DNA from: Anaerovoracaceae bacterium
GTDB lineage: Bacteria; Bacillota; Clostridia; Peptostreptococcales; Anaerovoracaceae
Direction of reading: 5' to 3'
NCBI GenBank assembly: GCA_050946575.1
Contig: JBMNVB010000005.1
Coordinates: forward strand, 39,383-103,382
DNA length: 64,000 bases
Every line of letters begins with the position of its first letter. The stretch's first letter is position 1. Below the pieces are notes generated by a model. The model searched no databases, was not told where the DNA came from, and saw only the letters and a list, made by a program, of their open reading frames with translations. Made by a program: the position numbers and the translations under genes. Positions 35,738 to 45,424 of this stretch are shown piece after piece.

Positions 35738-36884
35738 CGCCTGCCTCAGGATAATAAACAAGAACAAAATACTGATCATTGCCATAACCGCGCTGCTCCT
35801 TTTGTTCGGGTATTTCAATGCCCAGAATAACAGCGGCGGAGACACCTCGTTCAGGAGCGAGAAGCCGTCTGTCACGATAATAAACAATGACGAAGGCGGG
35901 GAGATCGCCGCCGGTCTGACGGAATATCTCGGGAAGAACTGCGAAGTGAAGAAGTTCGCGACAAAGGAGGAACTCGACGACGCTCTGTTTTACCGCAAAG
36001 TGTCGTACGTCATCACCATCCCGGACGGATTCACCGATTCTCTGATGAACGGCGGAGATCCGGAGATAGAAACGCGCTCTACAGGGACGTCGTATTCGAG
36101 CCTTGCCGGGACGATGCTGCAGCAGTATGTGAGGACCGTGAAGGAGTATTCCGGGTCAGCTGATGATGCTGCGGAGGTCGTCGATCTTGTGAGCAAGTCG
36201 CTCGATAAATCCGCTTCGGTGAAAATCGACAGGGTGTCCGATGTCGACGCGGAAGAACTGTCTTCGGCCGCGGCATATTTCAATTTCGAGAATTACGCGT
36301 TCATCCTGGCGGTGATCTATGTGGTCGGGATAATCCTGATGAGTTTCAGGGAGGACAACACCCGCCGCAGGATAATAGCGGGCGGTATGCCGCTCAGGCG
36401 GCACGACCGGCAGCTGATACTCTGCTGCAGCCTGTTCGCGCTGGCAATGTGGGCGTTCTATACGGTCATGGGATTGCTGCTGTTCCGCAATGCGATGTGG
36501 TCGGCAAACGGAGCGCTGTTCGCGCTGAATTCGTTCGTGTTCATGCTGTGCGTGCTCCTGCTCGGGTTCATGATCGCGGAGCTCGTCAGGACGCGGAACG
36601 CGCTGAACGGCGTGATGAACGTCGTGGCGCTCGGCACGAGTTTCATCTGCGGCGCGTTCGTCCCGCTGTATCTGCTGCCGCGCTGGGTAGTGAAGTCGGC
36701 GCACGTCCTGCCGTCGTACTGGTTCGTCGTGAACAACGACGAGATAGCGGCGCTGGACACAGTGACGAAGGACGCGCTCGCGCCGATACTGGCAAACATG
36801 GGCGCGGTGATCGGGTTCGCGGTACTGTTCTTCGCGTTGTCGCAGTTCTTCTCGTCGAGAGCGGCGAAAACGGGCGCGGCATAA
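35724..36884 (+). CDS. ABC-2 type transporter permease (second subunit)
   Basis: Same topology as the preceding permease. 14-nt overlap. Confidence 0.8.
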   Translation: MTPFSACLRIINKNKILIIAITALLLLFGYFNAQNNSGGDTSFRSEKPSVTIINNDEGGEIAAGLTEYLGKNCEVKKFATKEELDDALFYRKVSYVITIPDGFTDSLMNGGDPEIETRSTGTSYSSLAGTMLQQYVRTVKEYSGSADDAAEVVDLVSKSLDKSASVKIDRVSDVDAEELSSAAAYFNFENYAFILAVIYVVGIILMSFREDNTRRRIIAGGMPLRRHDRQLILCCSLFALAMWAFYTVMGLLLFRNAMWSANGALFALNSFVFMLCVLLLGFMIAELVRTRNALNGVMNVVALGTSFICGAFVPLYLLPRWVVKSAHVLPSYWFVVNNDEIAALDTVTKDALAPILANMGAVIGFAVLFFALSQFFSSRAAKTGAA

Positions 36885-36896
36885 AAGACATCTCAT

Positions 36897-36942
36897 CCGC
36901 GCTCCGGCATGGATCAATGCCCGGGGGCGCGGTCTTTTTTTT
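36897..36942 (+). terminator. Intrinsic terminator after the ABC operon
   Basis: CCGCGCTCCGGCAT-ggatca-ATGCCCGGGGGCGCGG plus T8. The loop/stem contains ATCAATGC. Confidence 0.8.
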
Positions 36943-37100
36943 CCTGATTTTTCCGCATTGACAGCGGACGTTAATCATGACACTTCGCCGGGAGTGTTCA
37001 GTTTTTTGGCATTATTTCAAATCTGTGAATTTAAGTTCTCTAAATCAGGTATTACGATGTAATATAGGGAACAATAAGTGTTCCGGAAACGTTATGGCAG

Positions 37101-37679
37101 TCACGATTTATCGGGCTGCCTGTTATTGAAGCCGAAAACGATCCGCCGGACATTTGTGTCGATGAGCGAACTCATCTCGCGGATCTCATCAACGAACGAT
37201 TCCGGCATGCGTTCGTTGAACCAGACCGTGCACTGGCCGACGAGTTCGTAGAACAAATAGGACGTAATGAGTTCCTTGTCGTGGTCGCTCAGGGCGAGCT
37301 GCGGGATATTGAATACTTTCGTATTGAGGAAGCGGCGCGCTATGTAGTCGCAGAGCTTGCGCAGATATTCGTCGGACGCGTAGCGGCTCCCGGAAAAGTG
37401 GACATGCATGAGCAGCTTCTTTCTGCTGAGCGCCTGTTTGTAAAGCGTAGTGAGGCTCTCCTCGAGCCCGGCGCCCTCCGGTACTGACGCGATGATACGG
37501 TCCACGCCATCGCGTATGATGGTGTCAAGCAGCTCCGGGATATTCGCGTAATGATAATAGAACGCGTTGCGGCTGATGCCGCAGCGCTCCGCGATTTTCC
37601 TGACCGTGATATCGGACAGCTTCTCCTCGTTGAGCATCTGTATGAACGTTTCTCGGATCACTTTATCAGTTACAGACAT
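37101..37679 (-). CDS. TetR/AcrR family transcriptional regulator
   Basis: N-terminal HTH (ITVRKIAERCGISRNAFYYHY). Confidence 0.85.
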   Translation of the reverse strand: MSVTDKVIRETFIQMLNEEKLSDITVRKIAERCGISRNAFYYHYANIPELLDTIIRDGVDRIIASVPEGAGLEESLTTLYKQALSRKKLLMHVHFSGSRYASDEYLRKLCDYIARRFLNTKVFNIPQLALSDHDKELITSYLFYELVGQCTVWFNERMPESFVDEIREMSSLIDTNVRRIVFGFNNRQPDKS

Positions 37680-37752
37680 ACTTACACCTCTTCCGGTGAC
37701 TTTATTATACCATCACCGGACGGAAAATACATGGGAAGGACGGTGCGCAGCA

Positions 37753-39183
37753 ATGAAAATAGTATTTATCACACCGACTACAAGAATAAAAAGGCTCGGC
37801 ATCTACCGCGCGGCCGGGAAAATATACGGTCAGCCGAATTCGATCACCGGCCCCCTCATCCTCGGCGGGATACTGAAACGCGCCGGGCATGATGTCGAAG
37901 TATACGAGGAGCTGAACGGCCCCGTACCGATGAAGCGTCTGCTGAAGGACACGGATGTGTTCTGCTTTTGCATAATGTCTTCGAACGCCCCGCGGGCGTA
38001 CGAGCTTGCGGACGAGATACGAAAGAGCAGCAATGCGAGGATCCTGATGGGAGGATTCCACGCGTCGGCGCTTCCCGAGGAAGCACTGGAGCACGCGGAT
38101 CAGGTACTCTGCGGCGAAGGGGAGAAGGTGATCCTCGATGTGGTCGAAGGACGCGTGACGGACAGCATCGTGCGATGCGAACCGATCCCCGATCTCGATG
38201 AAGTGCCGTTCCCGGATTACAGCATATTAAAGACGCCTGTCGTCAGCGCGAACGTGCTCTCGACGAGAGGCTGTCCTTTCAGGTGCACATTCTGCACGAC
38301 ATCCAGGATGTTCGATCCGTACAGGCAGCGCAGCGTTGACAATGTAATAGAGGAGATCCGGATGTACAAGCAGATGGGTTTCCGCTACATGAATTTTGAA
38401 GATGATAATTTCACAGCGGACAAGGAGCGCGCGAAGGAGATCTGCCGCAGGATGATAGCGGAGGATCTTACGTTCAAGGAGACGTTCTTCTTCGGGCGTA
38501 CGGACATGGCCAATGACGAGGAACTGCTGCGGCTCCTGAGCGAGGCGCATCTCACCCGTGTGCTGATCGGGATCGAGTCCCTCAATCAGGACGCTCTCGA
38601 CGCGGTGAACAAGGGCCAGAGCATAAACGACATCAAGCGGGCGTGCAGGGCGTGCGCCGAGCACGGAATACGCGTCATCGCGAGCATCGTGCTCGGGCTC
38701 GACCAGGACAGGAAGGAAGATATCCGCCGTTCCGTCGAGTTCACTAAATCGATAAATGCGTACCAGCTCCAGCCCGCGATACTGACGCCGTATCCCGGGA
38801 CTCCGGTATATAAGGAGATGGAGGAAGACGGGCGTCTCATCGATCATGACTGGGAAAAATACGACATGATGAACGTGACGTTCCAGCCGAAGAACATGTC
38901 GCCGTGGGATCTCCAGGAGGAGTTCTACAGAGCGACGAAACATTTCTATGATTTCAAATCTGTGAAATATATACGCGCATTGTTCGGGAATGAGTACGCC
39001 GGCAGGCGTCTCGGGCTTGCGATGGTCACGCGGCTCGGCACTGTCGGGGCCCATGCCGCATCGCATGTGAAGAATTCGATATATTATCAGATCCGTAATA
39101 CTGACTGGATCTATGCGCCGGAAAAGCCGGAAGACAAAACAGCCGGCATCGGAACTGAGCCCGAAGCCGACTGTCCTGTCTAA
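37753..39183 (+). CDS. B12-binding domain-containing radical SAM protein
   Basis: N-terminal Rossmann-like B12-binding domain (MKIVFITP..ILGGILKRAGHDVEVYE), radical SAM CPFRCTFC (CxxxCxxC). Confidence 0.8.
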   Translation: MKIVFITPTTRIKRLGIYRAAGKIYGQPNSITGPLILGGILKRAGHDVEVYEELNGPVPMKRLLKDTDVFCFCIMSSNAPRAYELADEIRKSSNARILMGGFHASALPEEALEHADQVLCGEGEKVILDVVEGRVTDSIVRCEPIPDLDEVPFPDYSILKTPVVSANVLSTRGCPFRCTFCTTSRMFDPYRQRSVDNVIEEIRMYKQMGFRYMNFEDDNFTADKERAKEICRRMIAEDLTFKETFFFGRTDMANDEELLRLLSEAHLTRVLIGIESLNQDALDAVNKGQSINDIKRACRACAEHGIRVIASIVLGLDQDRKEDIRRSVEFTKSINAYQLQPAILTPYPGTPVYKEMEEDGRLIDHDWEKYDMMNVTFQPKNMSPWDLQEEFYRATKHFYDFKSVKYIRALFGNEYAGRRLGLAMVTRLGTVGAHAASHVKNSIYYQIRNTDWIYAPEKPEDKTAGIGTEPEADCPV

Positions 39184-39232
39184 TAAAGGCTTTGGTATAT
39201 CTCAGGGCTGATGCCCCGGATTTACTGAGTTT

Positions 39233-39649
39233 TTATTCGGACAGATTCTGAAATCTCCTGGTGACGCGGATCAGTGCATCCGCGTCTTCTTTTCCGAGGT
39301 AGGATTCTATCTTTTTCTGCGCGCCTTCCCAGAGTATCAGGGCCTTGTCAACTGTTTCGTTCCCCTTGTCCGACAGGGTGTATGTCTTTCCGCGCCCTTC
39401 AGTCTGTTCTATCAGGCCGCGCGCTTCGAGAGGCCTGACATTCCTGACCATCGTGCTGCGCTCTATCCCGACCGCTTCGGCCCAGCGCGTGATATTCGCC
39501 GATCCGAGCCGCCTCAGGTTTATGAGCATGCAGTACTGCGGAGTCGTCACGTCCGCCGGCTTGAGTTCCTTATCGTAGAACTCAGTCAGCGCGCCCGCGG
39601 CTCTCCTTGAATTCGTGCAGTAGCATTCACTTATATTCAATCCCGGCAT
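39233..39649 (-). CDS. MarR family transcriptional regulator
   Basis: Winged-helix core (TTPQYCMLINLRRLG..ITRWAEAVGIERSTMVRNVRPLEARGLI). Confidence 0.8.
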   Translation of the reverse strand: MPGLNISECYCTNSRRAAGALTEFYDKELKPADVTTPQYCMLINLRRLGSANITRWAEAVGIERSTMVRNVRPLEARGLIEQTEGRGKTYTLSDKGNETVDKALILWEGAQKKIESYLGKEDADALIRVTRRFQNLSE

Positions 39650-39668
39650 TGATACCGCCTTCCTTTCT

Positions 39669-40217
39669 TCAGTCGTGTGTTATCCCTCTGTCGCGGAAGA
39701 TGTCCTTTCCGGTGATTGAGATCGGGATGCCGAGGCATGCGCAGTCACTGAAATAGCCGTTTTCCTCCGCGGTCTTCCCGACAGAGTACATTATCCTGTT
39801 GTCCACATTTGCGATCCCGGCCGCGGCCACCGCCGCTCCCAGGGCAATGCCGAGATCCGCGAATGCGAATCCGCATGTCCCGCCGGCCTTTCTGCATCCG
39901 CCGCAGTCGCCGAACCCGCAGAAGCCGCAGTGCGGCACTCCGCGCGGTTTTCTGTCAGCCGCCACGAGGACGAGGGCGTTCGCATTTCTGACATTGTCCG
40001 CGTCGCGTCCGTACCATGTCCAGCTCTTGTCGCCCATCTCGCGCTCGCCGAGCGCTTCCATCTTATCGCAGAATTCGTCCTTTTCCTTACCGGTCAGCAC
40101 CATGGTGTGCAGTGTGTCCTTGCCGTGCCCCTTCGGTGCGGTCCTTGCCGCCGCGCACATCGCTGCCGCAGTCTGCAGCGCGGCCTGTTCTTCCAGCTGA
40201 TCGCTTTTATATAACAT
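39669..40217 (-). CDS. DUF2148-like ferredoxin-domain protein
   Basis: GGAGGAAGA RBS. Cys-rich centre PHCGFCGFGDCGGCRKAGGTCGF, typical of DUF2148; assigned from memory of the family. Confidence 0.6.
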   Translation of the reverse strand: MLYKSDQLEEQAALQTAAAMCAAARTAPKGHGKDTLHTMVLTGKEKDEFCDKMEALGEREMGDKSWTWYGRDADNVRNANALVLVAADRKPRGVPHCGFCGFGDCGGCRKAGGTCGFAFADLGIALGAAVAAAGIANVDNRIMYSVGKTAEENGYFSDCACLGIPISITGKDIFRDRGITHD

Positions 40218-40422
40218 GAGTCTTCCTCCTTCCGGATATCCGGGTTCCGCGTTAGACTTTCTTCGAATATGTTTTCTTACTGTGTATATACACTTTAGCA
40301 TTGTGAAAAAAGTATGTCAAGCGGGACGCGAAATTTTTTCGGCGAACAGCCGTCTGATTACCCCGCGCGGCTCCGCATTGATGATATAATGAGTGCATCA
40401 ATGAGACGGAAAGGGGAAATAT

Positions 40423-41346
40423 ATGAGTGAAGATAAACTGAAAGAGGCTGCGCCTGTCACGATCGGCGTTGAGGATAAGTTCCATTACGTGATATCGGAC
40501 GACTGCCTGAGCTGCGGGACGTGCGCTGAGGCGTGCCCGACCGGCGCGATAGAGACGGGGAAGGATCATTACGAGATCGATGCGGAGAAATGCATTGACT
40601 GCGGCACGTGTTCGATGGTATGTCCCGTCGGCGCCGCTGCGAGCCCCATGGAATACAGAAACAGCATCAGCATCGAAGACATCGACATGGACAGCTGTTA
40701 TTTCGATCCCGGATGCGCGCCGGCTGCCTACAGGCCGCGTCTTCCGGAGGAGATGCTCGGGATGCTCAGGGATAATTTCGGAGATGTGAAGCTTCTGTGC
40801 GAATGCTGCAGGCATCAGCCGCGCGCCGTTTCCGGAAGAGCGACGATAATAAACAACTGCGCCGGCTGCGACCGCAGGTTCCGCTCGCTTTATCCGGGAG
40901 TGGATACCATCTCGTTCTGGGAAGTGATCGACGGGATAGAGGGCCTGGAGCTTCCCGATTACGGCGGCGCGAAGATGTCGGTGCACGATTCGTGCGGCTA
41001 CAGACACAAGCCGCAGGTGCACGCGGCGATCAGGAGCCTGCTGAAAAAGATGAATATCGAAGTGGTCGAGGCAGAACACAGCGGCATGCAGTCGGAATGC
41101 TGCGGCGATAATCTTTACGGCCTTGTGCCGAATGAGGAGGTCGAAAAGCGGATAAAGGCGCGCGCGGACGAATTCCCGTGCCAGGATGTGGTGGTCACGT
41201 GCATCGGATGCGCACGCGCGATGCAGAGCGGCGGGAAGAAGCCGCGGTTCCTGCCCGACCTTATATTCGGGCACGAGACCCCGTCAATGCCGGATACGCT
41301 GGATGAGTATCACTCGAGACTCGGCGACTACATCGCGTCGCACTGA
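40423..41346 (+). CDS. Fe-S protein: 2x[4Fe-4S] ferredoxin domain fused to a CCG (heterodisulfide-reductase-like) cysteine-rich domain
   Basis: CLSCGTCAEACP and CIDCGTCSMVCP motifs, then CCG-like CAGCDRR.. and ECCGDN..TCIGCARA. Confidence 0.75.
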   Translation: MSEDKLKEAAPVTIGVEDKFHYVISDDCLSCGTCAEACPTGAIETGKDHYEIDAEKCIDCGTCSMVCPVGAAASPMEYRNSISIEDIDMDSCYFDPGCAPAAYRPRLPEEMLGMLRDNFGDVKLLCECCRHQPRAVSGRATIINNCAGCDRRFRSLYPGVDTISFWEVIDGIEGLELPDYGGAKMSVHDSCGYRHKPQVHAAIRSLLKKMNIEVVEAEHSGMQSECCGDNLYGLVPNEEVEKRIKARADEFPCQDVVVTCIGCARAMQSGGKKPRFLPDLIFGHETPSMPDTLDEYHSRLGDYIASH

Positions 41347-41373
41347 CGGAGAATTATCAAGGAGGAGACAGTA

Positions 41374-42183
41374 ATGAAAATAGCACTTGCTCAGATGAAA
41401 ATGACGGCCGACGCGCAGGAGAACCTGCAGCACAGCCTCGGCCTGCTCAGGCAGGCCGCGGAGCGCGGCGCCGATCTGATAATGTATCCCGAGGTCCAGC
41501 TGTCGCCGTTTTTCGCGCAGTTCGAGAAAAGCGACGAGCGGGCGATAAAGGATCCATATGTTGTTAAGGAGGGCGGACCGGAGCTCACGGCGTTCCTCGA
41601 CGCGTGCAGGGAGAATTCGATAATGGCCTCGCCGAATTTCTACTACGAGGAGCGCGGCAGGAAGTTCGATACGAGTTTTCTCATCGATAAGGAAGGCCGG
41701 CTGCTCGGGACGCAGAAGATGGTGCATATCGCCCAGGCGGAGCAGTTCTACGAACAGGATTACTACACCCCGTCCGACGACGGTTTCATTATTTTCGATA
41801 CGGAATTCGGTAAGATGGCGATAGTCGTCTGCTTCGACAGGCATTACCCGGAGAGCGTGAGGACGGAGGCCGTCCGCGGCGCGGAACTGATCCTGGTCCC
41901 GACCGCGAATACAATGGCGGAGCCGATGGAGCTTTTCGAGCAGGAGATACGCGTGCAGTCGTTCCAGAGTTCATGCTATATAGCGATGTGCAACCGTACC
42001 GGTCTTGAGTCCGATATGGATTTCGCGGGCGAGTCCATACTTACGGATCCGGACGGCGTGACGGTCGCGAAGGCCGGAGCGGGGGAAGAACTTCTGATCG
42101 CTGATGTTGACTTTGAGAAGGTCCGGGCCGTGCGCTCGAAGAGGCCGTATCTGTCCCTGCGGAGAACTGATCTTTACGAGTAA
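41374..42183 (+). CDS. Carbon-nitrogen hydrolase (nitrilase superfamily) protein
   Basis: MKIALAQM.., PE.., and catalytic Cys context MAIVVCFDRHYPE. Confidence 0.8.
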   Translation: MKIALAQMKMTADAQENLQHSLGLLRQAAERGADLIMYPEVQLSPFFAQFEKSDERAIKDPYVVKEGGPELTAFLDACRENSIMASPNFYYEERGRKFDTSFLIDKEGRLLGTQKMVHIAQAEQFYEQDYYTPSDDGFIIFDTEFGKMAIVVCFDRHYPESVRTEAVRGAELILVPTANTMAEPMELFEQEIRVQSFQSSCYIAMCNRTGLESDMDFAGESILTDPDGVTVAKAGAGEELLIADVDFEKVRAVRSKRPYLSLRRTDLYE

Positions 42184-42194
42184 CAGATGATCAG

Positions 42195-42229
42195 GCGGCG
42201 GGCATTATGCTCCGCCGCTTTATTTTTTT
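42195..42229 (+). terminator. Intrinsic terminator
   Basis: GCGGCGG-gcattatgct-CCGCCGC plus TTTATTTTTTT. Confidence 0.8.
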
Positions 42230-42236
42230 GCAAAAG

Positions 42237-42279
42237 TTATTGACATATGTCGGTAACCGGATTATTATTGACATATGTC
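42237..42279 (+). promoter_or_regulatory. Two exact 15-nt boxes TTATTGACATATGTC (period 28) overlapping a TTGACA-17-TATTAT promoter
   Basis: Boxes at 42237-42251 and 42265-42279. Each contains the 10-bp palindrome GACATATGTC. Confidence 0.6.
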
Positions 42280-42294
42280 AGAAAGGAGCGCGTT

Positions 42295-43020
42295 ATGCCG
42301 AGACCGAGAAAATGCAGGAGAGTGTGTGAATATCCGCGCTGCACGAGTTTCGCGCCGGAAGACGGCGCGGGAGGCGGCTATCTCGTACTGTCGCTCGATG
42401 AATACGAGACGATCCGTCTTTTAGACCTCGAGGGATGCACGCAGTCAGAGTGCGCGGAGAGAATGAACGTCGCGAGGACGACGGTGACGGACATCTACAG
42501 CCGTGCCAGGCGCAAGATCGCGGACTGCATCGTGAACGGAAGGAATCTCGTCATCGCGGGCGGCGATTACGATCTGGAGCGGAAAAATCTCGGCGGAAAA
42601 AACGCACCGGGAAGGAAAGGAGAAACAGCAATGCGTATAGCAGTAACTTATGACAACGGAAATATCTTTCAGCACTTCGGAAGGACGGAGCGCTTCAAGC
42701 TCTACGACATTGAGAACGGGAGAGTGAAGGAAGCAGGCATCCTGGAATCCGGCGAGGCCGGGCACGGGGCCCTGGCGGGACTGCTGAAAGAGTCGGACGT
42801 TGACGCGCTGATCTGCGGCGGGCTCGGAGGCGGAGCGAAGACGGCTCTCGGAGAGGAAGGCATAAAAGTCTATGCCGGAGTGAGCGGGAGCGCGGACGAA
42901 GCGGCGGAAAGGCTCGCGGCCGGGACTCTGGAATATGTCGAAGACGCGAACTGCGATCATCACGGACACGGAAGCGGCGAAGGCTGCGGACACGGTCACG
43001 GACACGGATGCGGGCACTGA
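42295..43020 (+). CDS. DUF134 (putative DNA-binding) fused to a NifX/NifB-like cofactor-binding domain, with a His/Gly/Cys-rich tail
   Basis: MPRPRKCRRV.. DUF134 signature with a sigma70-r4-like HTH (ECAERMNVARTTVTDIYSRARRKIA). MRIAVTYDNGNIFQHFGRTERFKLYDI.. NifX-like domain. Tail DHHGHGSGEGCGHGHGHGCGH. Confidence 0.75.
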   Translation: MPRPRKCRRVCEYPRCTSFAPEDGAGGGYLVLSLDEYETIRLLDLEGCTQSECAERMNVARTTVTDIYSRARRKIADCIVNGRNLVIAGGDYDLERKNLGGKNAPGRKGETAMRIAVTYDNGNIFQHFGRTERFKLYDIENGRVKEAGILESGEAGHGALAGLLKESDVDALICGGLGGGAKTALGEEGIKVYAGVSGSADEAAERLAAGTLEYVEDANCDHHGHGSGEGCGHGHGHGCGH

Positions 43021-43158
43021 CCGGCAGGTTGAAGAAATCGGCATCGGAGATTGAATATTTTTCAGCATAAATGTGGAATGTATCCGATGCGATTCTGAAA
43101 TTTCGGTATATAATAAAATCGGAAAATTATTTACCGATATGAATAACGGAGGTGGATT

Positions 43159-44367
43159 ATGTCCAATTTGAAGTATACTGACAGAGTCCGGTATATGCAT
43201 GATTCGGCAATGTATATGCGCGGGCTTTTTGACAACATGACCGACCCGACCATGAAATCGTTCGGCGGCGGCGCGCCGGCCAGGGAAGCTCTTCCCATGA
43301 AGTACATGGAAAAGATCGCGTCCGAAGTCCTGAGCGACAGCGGCCGCGGCATGGAGGCGTTCCAGTATTCCGCGCCGTTCGGCCTGTATGATCTCAGAGA
43401 AGCGGTATGCGATCATCTGCTGAAGCCTACAGGGATCGAGGCGAAGCCGGAAAATGTCCAGATCGTCAGCGGCGGACTCGAGACGATGTGCCTCGCGTGC
43501 GAGCTGTTCATTAAGCCGGGAGACGTCATCATCACAGAAGCGCCTACGTTCCTGCACGTTACGGATACATTCAATATGTTCCAGGCTAAGATCGTTCCGG
43601 CGGAGTGCGACGACGGCGGCATGATCATCGAGGACGTGGAAAAGAAAATCAAGGAATATGATGCCAAGATGGTCTATATCGTTCCTACATTCAACAATCC
43701 TACGGGCAGGACTCTCAGCGTGGAACGCAGAAAGGCTCTCGCGGAGCTCGGCAGCAAGTATAACATCGTCATACTCGAGGACGACCCGTACAGAGACGTT
43801 CGTTATTCGGGAGAAGTGATGCCGGCGATCAGGTCGTTCGACAAGACGGGCAACACGATCATGGCCTGCAGCTTCTCGAAGATATTCGCTCCGGGCGCCA
43901 GACTGGGATATGCTGTCGCGGACGAGGACGTGATCTACGCTCTCAGAGACGTGAAGATAGCGACCAACTCGCAGCCGCCGGGGGTCAGCGAGGTCCTGTG
44001 CGCGGAATTCTTCAAGCGCGGATTCTATGAGGAAAACCTGAAGAACATGTGCGAGATATACAAAGAACGCAGGGACGTCATGACCGAGACGATGGACAGA
44101 TGCTTCCCGAAGGGCGTGAAGCGCACGCAGCCTGACGGCGGATACTACGTCTGGGTGACGTTCCCAGAAGGCTTCGACTGCGCGGAGCTGCAGAAGAAGG
44201 CGGAAGAGAAGAAGTTCACGTTCCTCGCCGGCGGAGAGTGGTTCCCGCATGAAGGCGACAGGTACAAGAACACGGCGAGATTCAACTTCACGACGCTGCC
44301 GCCGGAAACGATAAAGGAAGGTATCGAAACGATCGGCGCGATAGCGTGCGAAATGCTCGGCGAATAG
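43159..44367 (+). CDS. Class I/II PLP-dependent aminotransferase
   Basis: Typical fold-type I blocks (NPTGRTL, SFSKIFAPGARLGY PLP-lysine context). Confidence 0.8.
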   Translation: MSNLKYTDRVRYMHDSAMYMRGLFDNMTDPTMKSFGGGAPAREALPMKYMEKIASEVLSDSGRGMEAFQYSAPFGLYDLREAVCDHLLKPTGIEAKPENVQIVSGGLETMCLACELFIKPGDVIITEAPTFLHVTDTFNMFQAKIVPAECDDGGMIIEDVEKKIKEYDAKMVYIVPTFNNPTGRTLSVERRKALAELGSKYNIVILEDDPYRDVRYSGEVMPAIRSFDKTGNTIMACSFSKIFAPGARLGYAVADEDVIYALRDVKIATNSQPPGVSEVLCAEFFKRGFYEENLKNMCEIYKERRDVMTETMDRCFPKGVKRTQPDGGYYVWVTFPEGFDCAELQKKAEEKKFTFLAGGEWFPHEGDRYKNTARFNFTTLPPETIKEGIETIGAIACEMLGE

Positions 44368-44400
44368 ACGCATTGATGCGGTCATGAGGAGGAAATAACA

Positions 44401-45231
44401 ATGTCACAGAAGAAACTTACAGTCCCGCAGTTCAGGGAACTAAAAGCCGCCGGAACTAAGTTCACTATGGTGACGGGCTATGACTACACGTTCGCGCAGA
44501 TGCTTAATGAGAGCGAAACGGAAGTGATCCTTGTCGGGGATTCTCTCGCGAACATCATCATGGGCGAGGAGTCGACGCTGCCGGCGACGATGGATATCAT
44601 GATCCACCATATCCGTTCCGTCGTCAAGGGCGCTCCGACGACGTTCGTTGTCGGAGACATGCCGTTCGGTTCCTATCAGACGAGCCCGGAGCAGGCGGTC
44701 GATTCGGCCGTGAGGATGATGAAGGAAGGCGGATGCGACTGCGTGAAGCTCGAGGGCGGCGTGAATATGATCGACCGCGTAAAGGCCATCATCAATGCGG
44801 GCATCCCCGTAATGGGCCACATCGGCATGACGCCTCAGTCCACCGCGGCTCTCGGCGGGCACGGCGTGCAGGGCAAGGATTCAGCCGTTGCCGACAGGCT
44901 GCTCGCGGACGCTAAGGCTCTCGACGAAGCCGGCGTGTTCTCGATGGTGCTCGAATGCATCCCGAAGGGCGTGGCGAAGCGGATCACTGAAGAGGTCAGA
45001 TGCAGCACGATCAGCTGCGGAGCCGGTCCTTACTGCGACGGGCAGAACATGAACATGTACGACCTCGAGGGGATGTTCAGCGACTTCGTGCCGAAGTTCG
45101 TCAAGCATTACGCGGAGCTCCGCTCCGAGATGATCGGCGGACTGAATGAGTACCATAAGGAGACTCAGGACGGGACATTCCCGGATGAAGCGCACAGCTA
45201 TAACGCTGTAGTTCCGGGATACGAGGTATAA
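44401..45231 (+). CDS. panB: 3-methyl-2-oxobutanoate hydroxymethyltransferase
   Basis: FTMVTGYDY..ILVGDSLANIIMG..VKLEGG..GHIGMTPQS signature. Confidence 0.9.
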   Translation: MSQKKLTVPQFRELKAAGTKFTMVTGYDYTFAQMLNESETEVILVGDSLANIIMGEESTLPATMDIMIHHIRSVVKGAPTTFVVGDMPFGSYQTSPEQAVDSAVRMMKEGGCDCVKLEGGVNMIDRVKAIINAGIPVMGHIGMTPQSTAALGGHGVQGKDSAVADRLLADAKALDEAGVFSMVLECIPKGVAKRITEEVRCSTISCGAGPYCDGQNMNMYDLEGMFSDFVPKFVKHYAELRSEMIGGLNEYHKETQDGTFPDEAHSYNAVVPGYEV

Positions 45232-45247
45232 GATCCGATAATCACAC

Positions 45248-45279
45248 AGACCGGCCGCCGGCGCGCGGCCGGTCTTTTA
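45248..45279 (+). terminator. Intrinsic terminator after panB
   Basis: AGACCGGCCG-loop-CGGCCGGTCT plus TTTT. Confidence 0.75.
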
Positions 45280-45424
45280 CTGCGCCTCTTTCCGGGGCTG
45301 CGGCGCATTGATACCCGTCAGCTGCGGAATTTTTCGTATGCGGCGGGTTTCCCCTTTATCAGTGAACGCATACAAGATATAATTGAAGAAAGAATATTCT
45401 GAAAGCACCAGACAGGAGGACAAT

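Noticed and set aside
37753-39183. Possible RiPP or natural-product locus around the B12-binding radical SAM gene
   Set aside because: There is no precursor-peptide-like small ORF, no transporter or protease partner, and no additional tailoring genes. The gene appears monocistronic, with a divergent TetR regulator.
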